Positions 13,187 to 26,626 of a DNA stretch of 64,000 bases are shown here, one piece after another. Position 1 is the first letter of the stretch. Every line of letters starts with the position of its first letter. Both the position numbers and the translations under genes were made by a program. The notes beneath the pieces were generated by a model that searched no databases, had not been told where the DNA came from, and saw only the letters and a list, made by a program, of their open reading frames with translations. The stretch is from Balanoglossus misakiensis. Its lineage: Eukaryota > Animalia > Hemichordata. The stretch covers positions 18,213,028 to 18,277,027 of the forward strand of contig CM082576.2 of the NCBI GenBank assembly GCA_040954595.2, in the 5' to 3' direction.

Positions 13187-16100
13187 ATAATTTGGTAAAA
13201 TTCTTTGAAAAATGGTGAAGATACTTGAGAATCTCAGTATTATTTGATGCGTTTGTACGCTGAAATCCGGTGAACCGATTTTGATAATTTTCTTTGTTAT
13301 AACCTACTAAGATGTATAAACATTTTTATCAGAAAAATAAACGGCAATCTTGGAGTAAATTTTTAACTGATCTTCCTTATATAATTTTAATGGTCCAGCT
13401 GTTACAGGGACCACCAGCTATTTTATTATAAACTGGTGGTAGGTCAGTGAATGCCTCTGTCTGATTGGACTAATTAATTTGTCATACTCGCATGTATTTT
13501 TACAGACAGTTTTTGGACAAAAATCAGTTGTTGTTTTTTTAGTGTAGCTTGTAAGATTGCTGTGACACATAACACTTTATTTGGCATAGTTAATTTTTTT
13601 ATGTTTCCATAGTATTTAAATATTAATGCCATATATGCTTGCCAATGTCGCCCCTGAATTTAATTCTGGTGAATACCTAATTTCTGAGTAATCCCCAAAG
13701 GGCACCACAGTGTCCTTTACATTATTTTATAAGAAGTAAATTATACATAGATATGCATCTTGTTAAAAAGCCCAACAGTCATGATTTTGTTCACATGAGT
13801 ACTACTGCTGACAGGACATAACCCAAATCTTTGATAATTTTGGCAATGACCTTTGATCTACTATCCCATGCCTTGGCATGTACAGCAGATACAGCCTTCA
13901 AATTTGGTGTTCTTATTGACTGTGCGGTTCAATGTTTGACAATAATATCATTAGTGGTCATGTGGCTTAGGATTTTTGAAAAATATCATAAAAAAAATTC
14001 AAAAAATCTATTTCTAATCAAGTTTTCAAGTAAATTGTGATTGGGTAAACCTTATTGGAGGCAAATTGGATTTTCTGATCTCCGATAAAAGACTAAAATT
14101 TCCTATTTCTAGCGTGCTCCTTGAAACCACACAAATTCTTTTTTATGGATATGAGTCACCATAGGACCAGAATATATCAAAATTATTAGACTACTTTCAG
14201 ATGTTCTTTGATCAAATTTTTACAAAACTTGATTGAACAACTTGTTTGCGACGCTCGCATGTCCTTTGATCCAGTAATTCCAGAACTTATTTTATGTGGA
14301 TATGCCTCTTGTTAAAAAGCACATCTGTCATGATTTTGTTCACATGAGTACTACTGCTGCCAGGACATAACCCAAATCTTTTAGATAATTTTGGCAATGA
14401 CCTTTGATCTACTATCCCATGCCTTGGCATGTACAGCAGATACAGCCTTCAAATTTGGTGGACTGGAACACCTTATGAAGAATTAAACTTTAACACAATA
14501 ATTATGTACATAAGCTATTTCAAGTTAACCAATAGAGCTTAGAAGTCTGTTTTCTGTTGGACACAGCTCAGTTTGATATCAAAATTTGTTGGCCCAAATT
14601 TGCGTGACCTCTGGCTTACTTACAATTTCTCAGCATCAATAACAGATACAGCCTTTGCTTTCTGTTGGAACCATGCTAACCACTTTGGTCCCTCCAATGC
14701 TGCTTTTAGTTGTAATTGTCTTGTTCATGGCGGCCATATTGGATTTTCGGTTAACCTTTAAAAGGTGACATTTTTTTCAAAAACTACAGGGCCAATCAAG
14801 TTCAAATTGACTGTGCGGTTCAATGTTTGACAATAATATTGTTAGTGGTCATGTGGCTTTGGATTTTTGAAAAATAGAATAAAAAAAATTCAAAACATTT
14901 ATTTCTAATCAAGTTTTCAAGTAAAATGTGATTGGGTAAACCTTATTGGAGCCAAATTGGATTTTCTGATCTCCGATAAAAGACTAAAATTTCCTATTTC
15001 TAGCGTGCTCATTGAAACCACACAAATTCTTTTTATGGATATGAGTCACCATAGGACCAGAATATATCAAAATTATTAGACTACTTTCAGATGTTCTTTG
15101 ATCAAATTTTTACAAAACTTGATTGAACAACTTGTTTGCGACTATCGCATGTCCTTTGATCCAGTAATTCCAGAATTTATTTATGTGGATATGCCTCTTG
15201 TTAAAAAGCACATCTGTCATGATTTTGTTCACATGAGTACTACTGCTGCCAGGACATAACCCAAATCTTTTAGATAATTTTGGCAATGACCTTTGATCTA
15301 CTATCCCATGCCTTGGCATGTACAGCAGATACAGCCTTCAAATTTGGTGGACTGGAACACCTTATGAAGAATTAAACTTTAACACAATAATTATGTACAT
15401 AAGCTATTTCAAGTTAACCAATAGAGCTTAGAAGTCTGTTTTCTGTTGGACACAGCTCAGTTTGATATCAAAATTTGTTGGCCCAAATTTGCGTGACCTC
15501 TGGCTTACTTACAATTTCTCAGCATCAATAACAGATACAGCCTTTGCTTTCTGTTGGAACCATGCTAACCACTTTGGTCCCTCCAATGCTGCTTTTAGTT
15601 GTAATTGTCTTGTTCATGGCGGCCATATTGGATTTTCGGTTAACCTTTAAAAGGTGACATTTTTTTCAAAAACTACAGGGCCAATCAAGTTCAAATTGAC
15701 TGTGCGGTTCAATGTTTGACAATAATATCGTTAGTGGTCATGTGGCTTTGGATTTTTGAAAAATAGAATAAAAAAATTTCAAAACATTTATTTCTAATCA
15801 AGTTTTCAAGTAAAATGTGATTGGGTAAACCTTATTGGAGCCAAATTGGATTTTCTGATCTTCGATAAAAGACTAAAATTTCCTATTTCTAGCGTGCTCA
15901 TTGAAACCACACAAATTCTTTTTATGGATACGAGTCACCATAGGACCAGAATATATCATAATTATTAGACTACTTCCACATGTTCTTTGATCCAGTAATT
16001 CCAGAACTTATTTTATGTGGATATGCCTCTTGTTAAAAAGCACAACAGTCATGATTTTGTTCACATGAGTACTACTGCTGCCAGGACATAACCCAAATCT

Positions 16101-16369
16101 TTTGATAATTTTGGCAATGACTTTTGATCTACTATCCCATGCCTTGGCATGTACAGCAGATACAGCCTTCAAATTTGGTGGACTGCAACACCCAATAAAG
16201 TATTAAACTTTTACACAATAATTTTGTACATAATCTATTTCAAGTTAACCAATAGAGCTTAGAAATCTGGTTTTTTGTTTGACACTGATCGTTTTAAGAT
16301 CAAACATTTGTGTCACAATTTTGCGTGACCTCTGGCTTACTTTACCATTTCTTTTCATCCACAACAAAA

Positions 16370-16500
16370 TCAAATCAAATCAATCAAGCAAAAAAGTTTA
16401 TATAGCGCCAAAATCCAAAAAGAAATTTTGCCCAATGACGCTCACGGTTAAACCACACTGTATGCTCTTTCGAACATATGAGTTTTCATATGATTTTTTT
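16370..16500 (-). mobile_element. 5'-truncated L2/CR1-group LINE 3' fragment with 7-bp TSD
   Basis: Minus strand reads KNHMKTHMFERAYSVV* (typical L2/CR1 ORF2 end), then gcgctatataaa and a (gattt)n tail. Flanked by aacaaaa at 16363-16369 and 16501-16507; the empty site catccacaacaaaacagcc is at ~10830. Confidence 0.8.
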
Positions 16501-16601
16501 AACAAAACATCCTTTGCTTTCTGTTGGAACCATGCTAACTGCTTGGGCCCATCCCATTTCTTCTTAATGGCGGCCATATTGGATATTATGATAACACTTA
16601 A

Positions 16602-18099
16602 CACTTTCGCTGCGGGAGGGCATTTTCTGCGCCGGCAGTCAGAATGCGGGAGGCGCATAAATGCGCCAAGATCGCGTCCGTTACTTGGTCTGTTCTATTT
16701 TATGTTCGTTGCTTATTTACTCATTTTGTATGACTATATATAGGACAGGTGTCAACCCTAATTGAGCATGCGCATATGTATTGTAAACAATCAAGTCGAT
16801 TTTGTCATCAAAGGGTTTCCTTATACAGCTGATTTTAGGTCGCCCCGATCATATTTTTTCATTCACTTGGTATTTAAAAATGGCGACATGGGCAAAGTTT
16901 GATGCCGACAAAGTTCTTGAACAAGTCTTTCAGGATAGTGACAGCGATCATAGCGATAGCGGAAGCCAAATTACGGACAACAACATCATAGAACCAGAAA
17001 TAGAAGCCAGACACGGAGACAACAGAGTAGAGACAGAGAGAGAGGGAGGGTTTTTGTCATGTTCTCGGACGTCGTAACGTTGATGGTGACACGCGGTGGG
17101 TTTTGTATGACGTAAATGACAATTACACACCGGACTGGTTGTCTGTATACGATCGTCGCTAAGGTTTATTAGTTGACACTGATGACTTTGCACCGGTTGA
17201 CTTTTTTCAGCTGTTCTTTCCTGGTGATGTGTTTGAGTTGATGTCATTGTCAGAGCAAACTGATATGTACACCGCACAATTTTTTGACAACCCTGCAATT
17301 GATGAGTTGCCCTTCCGGTCAAGATTTCGCTAGATGCCTACTTCACTGAATTAAATGAAGGCGTAGGTTTCTTTGCAAATCTTGATGGGACTTTGCCAGA
17401 AGTCTATGTTGTCAGAGTATTATATCCATTTGAAATGAATTGCCAAAACAGTACTATGCTAATGAATTTTTTTTAAATGTGTGTATATTCATATTTACCA
17501 ACCTTGATTTCTTCAACTTGCAATTCATTAAAACGTAGAGTATTTAATAAATTACTTAATTAATTTATTTTATTATTATTATTTATTTACAAGTTCAATC
17601 ATTCACCTTTTCACTAATAATCTATATTTCTTTCTCAGATTTTAAACATGTATACATGTAAATGGTGGGCATGATTTGATAATTGTTTTTATGGTCCATT
17701 AATAAATTTGATCAAATTTCTTGCTCAAAAGTCACTTGTTATTCCCTTTTATACAGGGGGAAGTTGTTTTTGACTATGTTTGTCTGTCAGCTGTGATACA
17801 ATGAATTAAATACAGTATTTCAGTCACTTATATTACAATATCTGTTGTTTTTACCATATTTCGACAGAAATCCATTATGGCTGCCAGTGTCACATGACCA
17901 ATTAATGGTCATGTGACCATTTTTCAGTTTTATTATGTTGGTTGTCTTATAAAATATACTTGCTTGAAATATCATTGCATATACTTTCATATTACAAGAG
18001 ATAGAGAGGGTAAAGTAAAACATTGTTTATTAGTTAAATTTACCATAGGAAACTACGCACAGGAATACATTAGCATATATTAACTACGCAGTGAAAGTG
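16602..18099 (+). mobile_element. Internally deleted piggyBac DNA transposon
   Basis: TTAA TSD (16598-16601, 18100-18103); 13-bp TIR cactttcgctgcg / cgcagtgaaagtg (1 mismatch); empty site gataacccttaaaaattgacatc at ~10925. Confidence 0.9.
16880..17420 (+). pseudogene. piggyBac transposase N-terminal remnant
   Basis: MATWAKFDADKVLEQVFQDSDSDHSDS (acidic N-terminus), then GLLVDTDDFAPVDFF/QLFFPGDVFELM and MKA*VSLQILMGLCQKSMLSEY with stops and frameshifts; the catalytic DDD core is absent. Confidence 0.75.
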
Positions 18100-21000
18100 T
18101 TAAAAATTTACATCTTTTCAACAACTACAAGGCAAATCAAGTTCTAATTTACTGTGCGGTTTAATGTTTGACAATAATATCATTAGTGGTCATGTCACTT
18201 TGGTTGCCATATTGGATTTTTGAAAAATCTCATGAAAAATTTCACAAATCTTTTCCTAATCACGTTTTCAAGTGAATTGTGATTGGTTTATCCTAATTAA
18301 AGCCAAATCGGATTTTCTAAACACACGATTTAAAAAAAATCCTATTTCTAGCCTACCCAAATTCTTTTAATAGATATGAGTCACCACATGACCAGTTTAT
18401 ATTACAATTTTTGGGCAATTTTCGAATGTCCTTTGATCCATTTTTTCCAGAACTTAATTGTGCGTGGATATGCTTCTTGACAAAAAGCACACCAGTCATG
18501 ATTTTGTTCACAGGAGTTTTGCATCTATAACAGATGCAGCCTTTGCTTTCTGCTGCCAGGAAATAAACAAAATATTTGGAGGACTGAAACACCTAATGAA
18601 GTATTAAACTTTAACACAATAATTATGTACATAAGCAATTTCAAGTTAACCAATAGAGCTGAGAAGTCTGTTTTCTGTTGGACACAGCTCAGTTTGATAT
18701 CGAAATTTGTTGGCCCAAATTTGCGTGACCTCTCGCTTACTTACCATTTCTCAGCATCCATAACAGATACAGCCTTTGCTTTCTGTTCGAACCATGCTAA
18801 CCGCTTTGGTCCCTCCAATGCTACTTTTAGTATTAATTGTCTTCTTCATGGTGGCCATATTGGATTTTCGGATAACCTTTAAAACTTGACATTTTTTTCA
18901 AAAAATACAGGGCCAATCAAGTTCTAATTTACTGTGCGGTTCAATGTTTGACAATAATAGTATCAGTAGTGGTCATGTGGCTTTGGATGCATAATTGGAT
19001 TTTTGAAAAATATCATAAAAAAAATCAAAAATCTATTTCTAATCATGTTTTCAAGTAAATTTTGATTGGTTAAAACTAATTGGACCCATATTGGATTTTC
19101 TGATCTCCGATTAAAAACTAAAATTTCCTATTTCTAGCCTACTCATTGAAACCACACAAATAATTTTTATGGATATGAGTCACCATTAACAAGAATATAT
19201 TTCAATTTGCTGGTGACTCTCGCATCTCCTTTGATACTGTAATTCCAGAACTAAATTTTATGTGGATATGCCTCTTGTTAAAAGCACAACAGTCATGATT
19301 TTGTTCACATTAGTACTACTGCTGCCAGGACATAACACATATATTTTGATAATTTTGGCAATTACCTTTGATGTACTTCCCCATAACTTGGCATGCACAG
19401 CAGATACATTCTTCAAATTTGGAGGACTTAAACACCTAATGAAGTTTAAACTTTAACACAATATTTATGTACATAAGCTTTTTCAAATTAACCAATAGAG
19501 TTAGAAGTCTGGCTTTTTGTTGGATCAGTGTGATATCAAATTTTGTTAGCACAATTTTGCATGACCTCTGACTTACTTAACCATTTCTCAGCATCCATAA
19601 CAGATACAGCCTTTGCTTTGTGTTGGAACCATGCTAACCACTTTGGCCCCTGCAATGCTGCATGTTGCTTTAATTGTCTCCTTCATGGTTGCCATATAGG
19701 ATATTCTGATAATCTATAAAAGTTGACTTTCTTCAAAACTGCAGGGCGAATCAAGTTCTAATTTACTGTTCACAAAGTTTGACAATAATATCATTAGTGG
19801 TCATGTGACTTTGGATGCCTTATTGGATTTTTGAAAATCTCATTAAAAAATCTCATTTATTTTTCCTAATCATGTTCTCAAGTGAATTGTGATTGGTTTA
19901 ACCTTATTGGAGCCAAATTGAATTTTCTAAAATCCGATTAACAAATACATTTTCCTATTTCTTGCCTACTAATTGATAGCACACAACTATTTTTTATGGA
20001 TACGAGTCACCATATGACTAGAATATGTTACATTTTTTGGCAACTTTCACACATTCTCTAATCCATTTTTGTTCACTACTTAATTTTATGTGGATATGCC
20101 TCTTGTTAAAAAGCACAACAGTCATGATTTTGTTCACATGAGTACTACTGCTGCCAGGACATAACCCAAATCTTTTGATAACTTTGGCAATGACCTTTGA
20201 TCTACTATCCCATGCCTTGGAATGTACAGCAGATACAGCCTTCAAATTTTTAGGACTGGAATACCTAATGAAGTATTAAACGTTAACACAATAATTATGT
20301 ACATAAGCAATTTCAAGTTAACCAATATAGCTTAGAAGTCTGGATTTTGTTGGACACTGATCAGTTTGATATCAAAATTTGTTGGCACAATTTTGCATGA
20401 CATCTGGCTTACTTTACCATTTCTCGGCATCTGCTACAGATACAGCCTTTGCTTTCTGTTGGAACCATGCTAACCACATTCGTCCCTCCAATGCTGCTTT
20501 TAGCTTTGTCTTCGTCATGGCAGCCATATTGGATTTTCTGATAACCTTTAAAAGTTGACTCTTTTCAAAAATTACAAGGCCAATAAAGTTCTAATTTACT
20601 GTGCGGTTCCAATTTTTTCAATAATAATGTTAGTGGTCATGTGACTTTGGATTTATTATGGATTTTTGAAAAATCTCATTAAAAATGTCAAAAATCTTTT
20701 TCTACTTAAGTTTTCAAGTGAATTGTGATTGGTTCAACCTTATTGGATAAAACTTTTGTATGGATACGAGTCGCCATATGACCAGAATACATGTTTTTGA
20801 TCCAGTTTTCTCAGAACTTGATTATACAAAATTTTGACAACTACACATGTCCTTTGATCCAGTGTTTTCTGAACTTAATTGTATGTGGATACGATTCTTG
20901 TTAAAAAGCACAACAGTCATGATTTTGTTTACATGAGTACTGCTGCTGCCGGAACATAACCTTATTTTTTGATAATTTTGGCAATGACCTTTGATCTACG

Positions 21001-22599
21001 TTCCCATAACCTGGCATGCACAGCAGATGCATGTTTCAAATTTAGAGGACTGGAACACCTAATGAAGTACTTTACCATTTCTTGGCATCCACAACAGATA
21101 CAACCTTTGCTTTCTTTTGAAGCCATGCTAACCAGTTTAGCCCCTGCAATCCTGCTTGTAAGTTTAATTGTCTTCTTCATGACGGCCATATTGGATTTTC
21201 TGATAATTTCTACAAGTTGACATATTTTTTCAAAACTGCAGGGCAAATCAATTACTAATTGACTGTCCGGTTCAAAGTTTGACAATAATATTATTAGTGG
21301 TCATGTGACTTTTGATGCCTTATTGGATTTTTGAAAATCTCATTATAATTGTCATTTTTTTTATCTAATCAAGTTTTCAAGTGAATTTTGATTGGTTAAA
21401 TCTCATTGGAGCCAAATAAGATTGTCTAAACTCCGATTAAGAACTAAATTTTCCTATTTTTAGCCTATGCATTGATTGCATACAAATTCCTTTAATGGAT
21501 ACGAGTCACCATACGACTAGAATATGTTACAATTTTTTGGCAACTTTCACATGTCCTTTGATCCAACCTTTTTCAACACCTAATAATACAAATTTTTGGC
21601 AACTTTCATTTGTTCTTTGATCCAGATCTTTCAGAACTTAATTAAAGCTTATTGAAGCCAAATTGGATTTTATGAATTCTGATTAAAAACTAAAATTTCC
21701 TTTTTCTGGGCTACTCATTGATTGCACACCAATTCTTTTTATAGATACGAGTCTTCATATGACCAGAATACATTGCATTTTTTTTGGCAACTTTCGCATG
21801 TATTTTGATCTAGTTTTTTTCAGAACTTAATTATTCGTGGATGTGCCTCTTGTTGAAAAGCACAACAGTGATGATTTTTGTCACATTACTGCTGCCAGGA
21901 CATATTTTGGCATTGAACTTCGTTCTACATTTGGCACCTGTATTCTTTTCTGAATATCTTATTGCGGCAAGACTAGTAGCACTAGAGGTTTGGTTTTTGA
22001 TGTATATGGACAAGTATGGGACTTGGGTATTTTTGTTACATTTGGAATCCACTGGACCAATGTTGACCTTATTAAATATGTGCATATCTAATGCTGAGCT
22101 TACCCATATTGTTACAGGTTGAATTTTTTATGAACATGCTCTACTTTTGGACTTAATTTTTTTGCTGAATTTCTTGACCAATGATAATCTTATAAATATG
22201 TGCTTACGTAATTGTAGACTAGACAATGAAGCTTTGAGTCTGGGTTTCCTTGAACATAGACCACTATGCAATCAAAATTTTTTCTGACATTTTTGATGGC
22301 TTTGGTTTTGGACATTTTTGATGGACCTATTTTTCCATGCCTTGGCATGCACAGCAGATAACGTCTTACAATTTTGAAGGCTGGAACACCTAATAACCAG
22401 GTTAACCAATAGAGCCAGAAGTCTTGTTTTTCATTTTACACTGATCATTTTGGAAGAAAAATTTGTTGACAATTTTGGGTGAGCTCTTGGTGACCTTTGA
22501 TCAACTTTCCTATAAACATAGCAGATATAGCATTGGCACTCTCTGGTATCCATAGGAACTGCTTAGACCTAGCCAATGTTGGTCGCACCTTATTTTTTT

Positions 22600-24057
22600 T
22601 TATTAATTGACCATATGTACCCCTTGACCCTCAGTTTGTTGGGTTGGGCTGGCTTGCCACATTAATGCTATCATAAGGGGCACAAGCCAGGCGAGGTAGA
22701 TCTGGAAAACCGCAGCACCTACAGGGCTGAAACTTGGTAGGGTGATAGGGGCCAATGAGTAGACCTAGAGTGGCCGTGAATATTTAATTAGTCACGTGAC
22801 CTGGCGGCCATATTAGATTTTCCGAAAACCGTTAAATGACTCCTTCTCAAAAACTACTGGGCCAATCAGGTTCAAATTTTGTGTGCAGGTAGCCTACCTT
22901 CTCTCCATCATTTTACCCCATTGAAATCATGATGTCAAATATAAAGTTTTTTTGCTACAATTTTTTTTCTGAAAAACTACTTAAAACTTTTAAAATCTTC
23001 TTCTCCAGAAGCAGTGATCGCCGAGTTATGGGATTCGGGGTATGCAGTCACCTAACCTATGTCTTTCAAGTTTGCGAAGTGCACTGTGATTGGTCGATCA
23101 TTATGGCGGCCATATTGGATTTCCTGAAAACCATTGAAAAATGTAAATTCCGTTCTATAGCCAAAATGTTGACACCAAGGAAATTATTTTTGTGGATATA
23201 AGTCATCATATGACCGGAACTTGTCACAATTTTGGGGGCAATTTTCACATGACCTTTGACCCAGTTTTAAACCAACTAATTATATATGCATATTCCCCAT
23301 ACCTCCTCTTGTAAAAGCACTACAGTCATGAATTTTGTGGACATGGGTACCAATGCTGTCAGGACATGACACAAATATTTTGGCAATGACCTTTGACCTA
23401 TTTCTGAAACATCATTTTTCTGCATATCTAAGTCCAGGCTAACCAATAGGGCTCCAGGTCTGGTTTTTGTTGGACATGGCCCACTATGGGGTCAAACTTT
23501 TATGCCCAAATTTTGGGTGACCTTTGACCTACTTTCCCATATCTCAGCTTCCAGAGCAGTTACAGCCCTGGCTATTGGGGGATTGACCACCTAATAGAGT
23601 CTTACACAATACCTCATTAATTATGTGCATATCTTATTCCAAGCTAACCAACAGGGCTAGATGTTTGGTTTTTGTTGTATAAGGACATATGTGGTGTCAA
23701 AATTTTGCTCAAATTTTGGTGACCTCAGGTGACCTTTGACCTTCTTCCCTATATCTCGGCATCCAGACAGGATAGAGCCTTGGCTTTTGGAGGGATTGAA
23801 CACCTTTTGGGGTCTTTTATGTTACCTCATTAATTATGCACATATCTAATTCCAGGCTAACCAATAGGGCTAGAGGTTTGGTTTTTGTTGGTCATGGACA
23901 AGTATGGTGTCAAAATGTTTCGCCCAAATTTGGGTGAACTCAGGTGACCTTTGACCTACTTTCCCATATCTTGGTATCCACAGCAGATACAGCTTTGGGA
24001 TTCGCTGGTTACCATGGGAACCGTTTGTGCCCCACCAACGCTGCTTGCAGCTTTAAT
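22600..24057 (+). mobile_element. Best-preserved Helentron/HINE-like copy with 3' terminal hairpin
   Basis: 9-bp inverted pair ggggcacaa (22677-22685) / ttgtgcccc (24025-24033), 3' stem-loop gctgc-tt-gcagc (24040-24051) followed by tttaatt, and internal ggtgacctttgacct tandem repeats. Confidence 0.55.
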
Positions 24058-24179
24058 TATCATTGATTTCATGTATTTAATTCTTTCATTCTTTTTTCTT
24101 CTGTAGGTCCCACCGGTACTCTTCTTCTTCTCTCTCTCTTCCTTTCTTTCTTTCTTTCTTTTTTCTCTCTTCTCTTCTT

Positions 24180-24790
24180 TTTTTCCCTGTAGGCCCCAAT
24201 GGTAACACCATAATCAACCTACTAACGTAAAATTTGATGGATGGGTGGAGCGGAGTGTCAACCATAGTCAACCTACTAATATAAACTTTGATGGATGGAT
24301 GGGGCGGAGCGTCAACCATAGTCAACCTACTAATATTAAACTTTGATGGATGGATGGAGCGGAGCGTCAACCATAGTCAACCTACTAAATATAAACTTTG
24401 ATGGATGGATGGGGCGGAGCGTCAACCATAGTCAACCTGCTGAAATATAAACTTTGATGGATGGATGGTGCCATGGAGCGTCAACTTAAACGATGGAGAA
24501 GTGGAAGGATGGAGAAGAAGAGTTTTTTTTTCTCTTTTTTCTCTTTTTTTTCCTGTAGGGCTCACTGGTAACACCATAATCAACCTACTAACGTAAAATT
24601 TGATGGATGGATGGATGGAGCGGAGTGTCAACCATAGTCAACCTACTAATATTAAACTTTGATGGATGGATGGAGCGGGGCGTCAACCATAGTCAACCTG
24701 CTGAAATATAAACTTTGGTGGATGGATGGGCCGTGGAGCGTCAACTTAAAGGATGGAGATGTGGAAGGATGGAGAAGTGGAGTTTCAACA
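24180..24790 (+). repeat. ~55-bp minisatellite in two duplicated blocks
   Basis: Unit accatagtcaacctactaatataaactttgatggatggatggggcggagcgtca, ~5 copies then ~3 copies; each block is preceded by a CT-rich tract and cctgtagg. Confidence 0.85.
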
Positions 24791-24919
24791 TAATAAACCT
24801 ATTGACCGAAATTATGAGGTAGAGTTATATAGGAGTACAAAACGAAGTGATCGTAATATAAAACTTAATAGTCCAATAAATCAGGTTAATAATTGGTAGT
24901 GATTACTTATGCTAAAATG

Positions 24920-25610
24920 AGGTTAACAGCAATGGCTTTGTGCAGGGTATGATAATAGGTTCATAAATGTGTATGGTATAATAAAGGCGAACAAATATGA
25001 ATGGTTTAATAAAAGGGTTACAAATGTGATGATGGCTTATGGTAAAATTTGAGTGTACACAGGTTATACAGGGGTAACAGTGGTTTTTTGGATGAAGGGA
25101 ATGATAATAGGGTAACAAATGTGACTGGTATAAAAGGTATAATAATGGGTTTATAATATGATGATGACTTGTGTACACAGGTTATAATGGGTATATGAAT
25201 GAGAAGGGTATAATAAATGGTGATAACTGTGTCGGGTTTAATAAAGGTAACAATCATGGAAGGGTATAATAACGATTAATAATTGCGGTGATGGCTTATG
25301 GTGATATTAAGTATACAAGGGTGTTAATATTGATGATGATGACAGAGGTATAATAATGATATAACATTAAATAAGTGTCCAGGGTCTAATAATCATGTTG
25401 GTTCATTAATTGGTTAATGTGTATGTTTTATGAATAACATGCTATTATTTCTCAGATAGATAATACTCGTCAGCATCGTTATTCGGTGGAATTTCTCGCA
25501 ACGGTACCCGTGATCGTATTCGCGCATGGACACATTGTACGCGACAGACAGGCAGAACATGTTAGGTTAGCTAAACCTCCCCACCCCATCCAAATTCCAA
25601 ATTTAGCTTA
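24920..25610 (+). repeat. Diverged segmental duplicate, copy 1 (paralog at 56812-57490)
   Basis: Shared ggttaacagcaat..., ttggttaatgtgtat.ttttatgaataacatgctatt.tttctcagatag and tgttaggttagct..a.ctccccaccccatccaaattcca.atttagctt. Confidence 0.8.
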
Positions 25611-26588
25611 GATCATGGGGTGAGAGGAGGAGAGGACAGTTTTTTTTCCTCTTTTGTAACTGGTCTGAGGTTTTTAACTGCCCTTTAGGCGCGTAAATTA
25701 GATATGTAATCATACAAGTAGTTATCTTGCTTTATTTGAAAACAATTATGATAGAGCTCTGCGAGATTATGTACACGATAGTGTGTTATATAATGCTAAG
25801 GTAAAAGTAAACTTAACCCACTAACCCATCACTCTATTGTGTGCATAATTTGCAGATGCTATTTTGACTGGCCCATTGTCACAGTTCAACCACATGACAC
25901 CTTGTTTCAAAAAGAGCAGAAACTATTTGTGTTAATTTCTTTCAGGTTAACTACATGACACATTGTTTCAAATTGGCCTGCAAGATTTACTACTTGAACC
26001 TCAACCCCCCTCCAGCCCCCCCCCCCCAAAAAAAAATAAAAATAAAAAATTAGGGATTAATCAATCGCTATATTATGAACATTCACATGAAAATTATGCA
26101 ACCAAATTAGAGGTATTCTGGAGGCGTCTTCTGATGTCAGGTGGTTCAAATCCACCAATACCTAAGCTGGAAACATAACTTTTCATTGGTGTTCATATAT
26201 GGCAAATAAAACATGCATATTCATATTCTCAAATTTCAGAAATGAACAAATTGAAGTAGATTCTTTTCGATATGCCTTTATAAACCAACTTTAATCCTAT
26301 TTTACCCACTTTACTCAAAATGTTGTGTTTAAATTGCCCACAAGTAAGTCTTTTCTTATCTGCATATATTCATAATGTTTTCCGCAAAGTGTACAACTGC
26401 ATGTCTTGTGATCAGTATTGTGACATCTAAGAAGAACGGGAACTGGTCAGAGAACTGGGATATGGGAGCTGACAAACTGAGTTGTTGGAAATTCAAAGAG
26501 ACTAATTTGCACTTTTCCACATTTTCTTGAAATCTGACTAGGAGCTAAACAAGGCACCATACAGAAAGGTCATTCTGTCACATAGTCA

Positions 26589-26623
26589 TAGTCCAGTGGT
26601 TAGAGGATCATGGGTTCGAACCC
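26589..26623 (+). promoter_or_regulatory. tRNA/SINE-like Pol III A-box and B-box remnant
   Basis: tagtccagtgg(ttag) at 26589-26599 and ggttcgaaccc at 26613-26623 match the A/B-box consensus; spacing is shorter than in a tRNA. Confidence 0.5.
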
Positions 26624-26626
26624 TGT

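Larger units (their letters stand above)
9963..24057 (+). repeat. Head-to-tail array of a ~0.85-0.9-kb Helentron-like unit (macrosatellite), interrupted by other elements
   Basis: Marker ggaaccatgctaacc...catgg(c)ggccatattggattt recurs at ~9966, 10861, 11742, 14667, 15556, 16526, 18788, 19625, 20461, 21119; near-identical units 889 bp apart (ORF 14573 = ORF 15462). Confidence 0.8.

Noticed and set aside
6359-13380. Possible TIR pair tagggagttcag... / ...ctgatcttcctta bounding a 7-kb DNA transposon
   Set aside because: Similarity needs several mismatches and a gap, and there is no convincing TSD.
25448-25570. Exon-like segment (tttctcag...ag/gttag) shared with 57264-57450
   Set aside because: The paralogs differ by frame-breaking indels and CpG-decay-type changes; no conserved reading frame.
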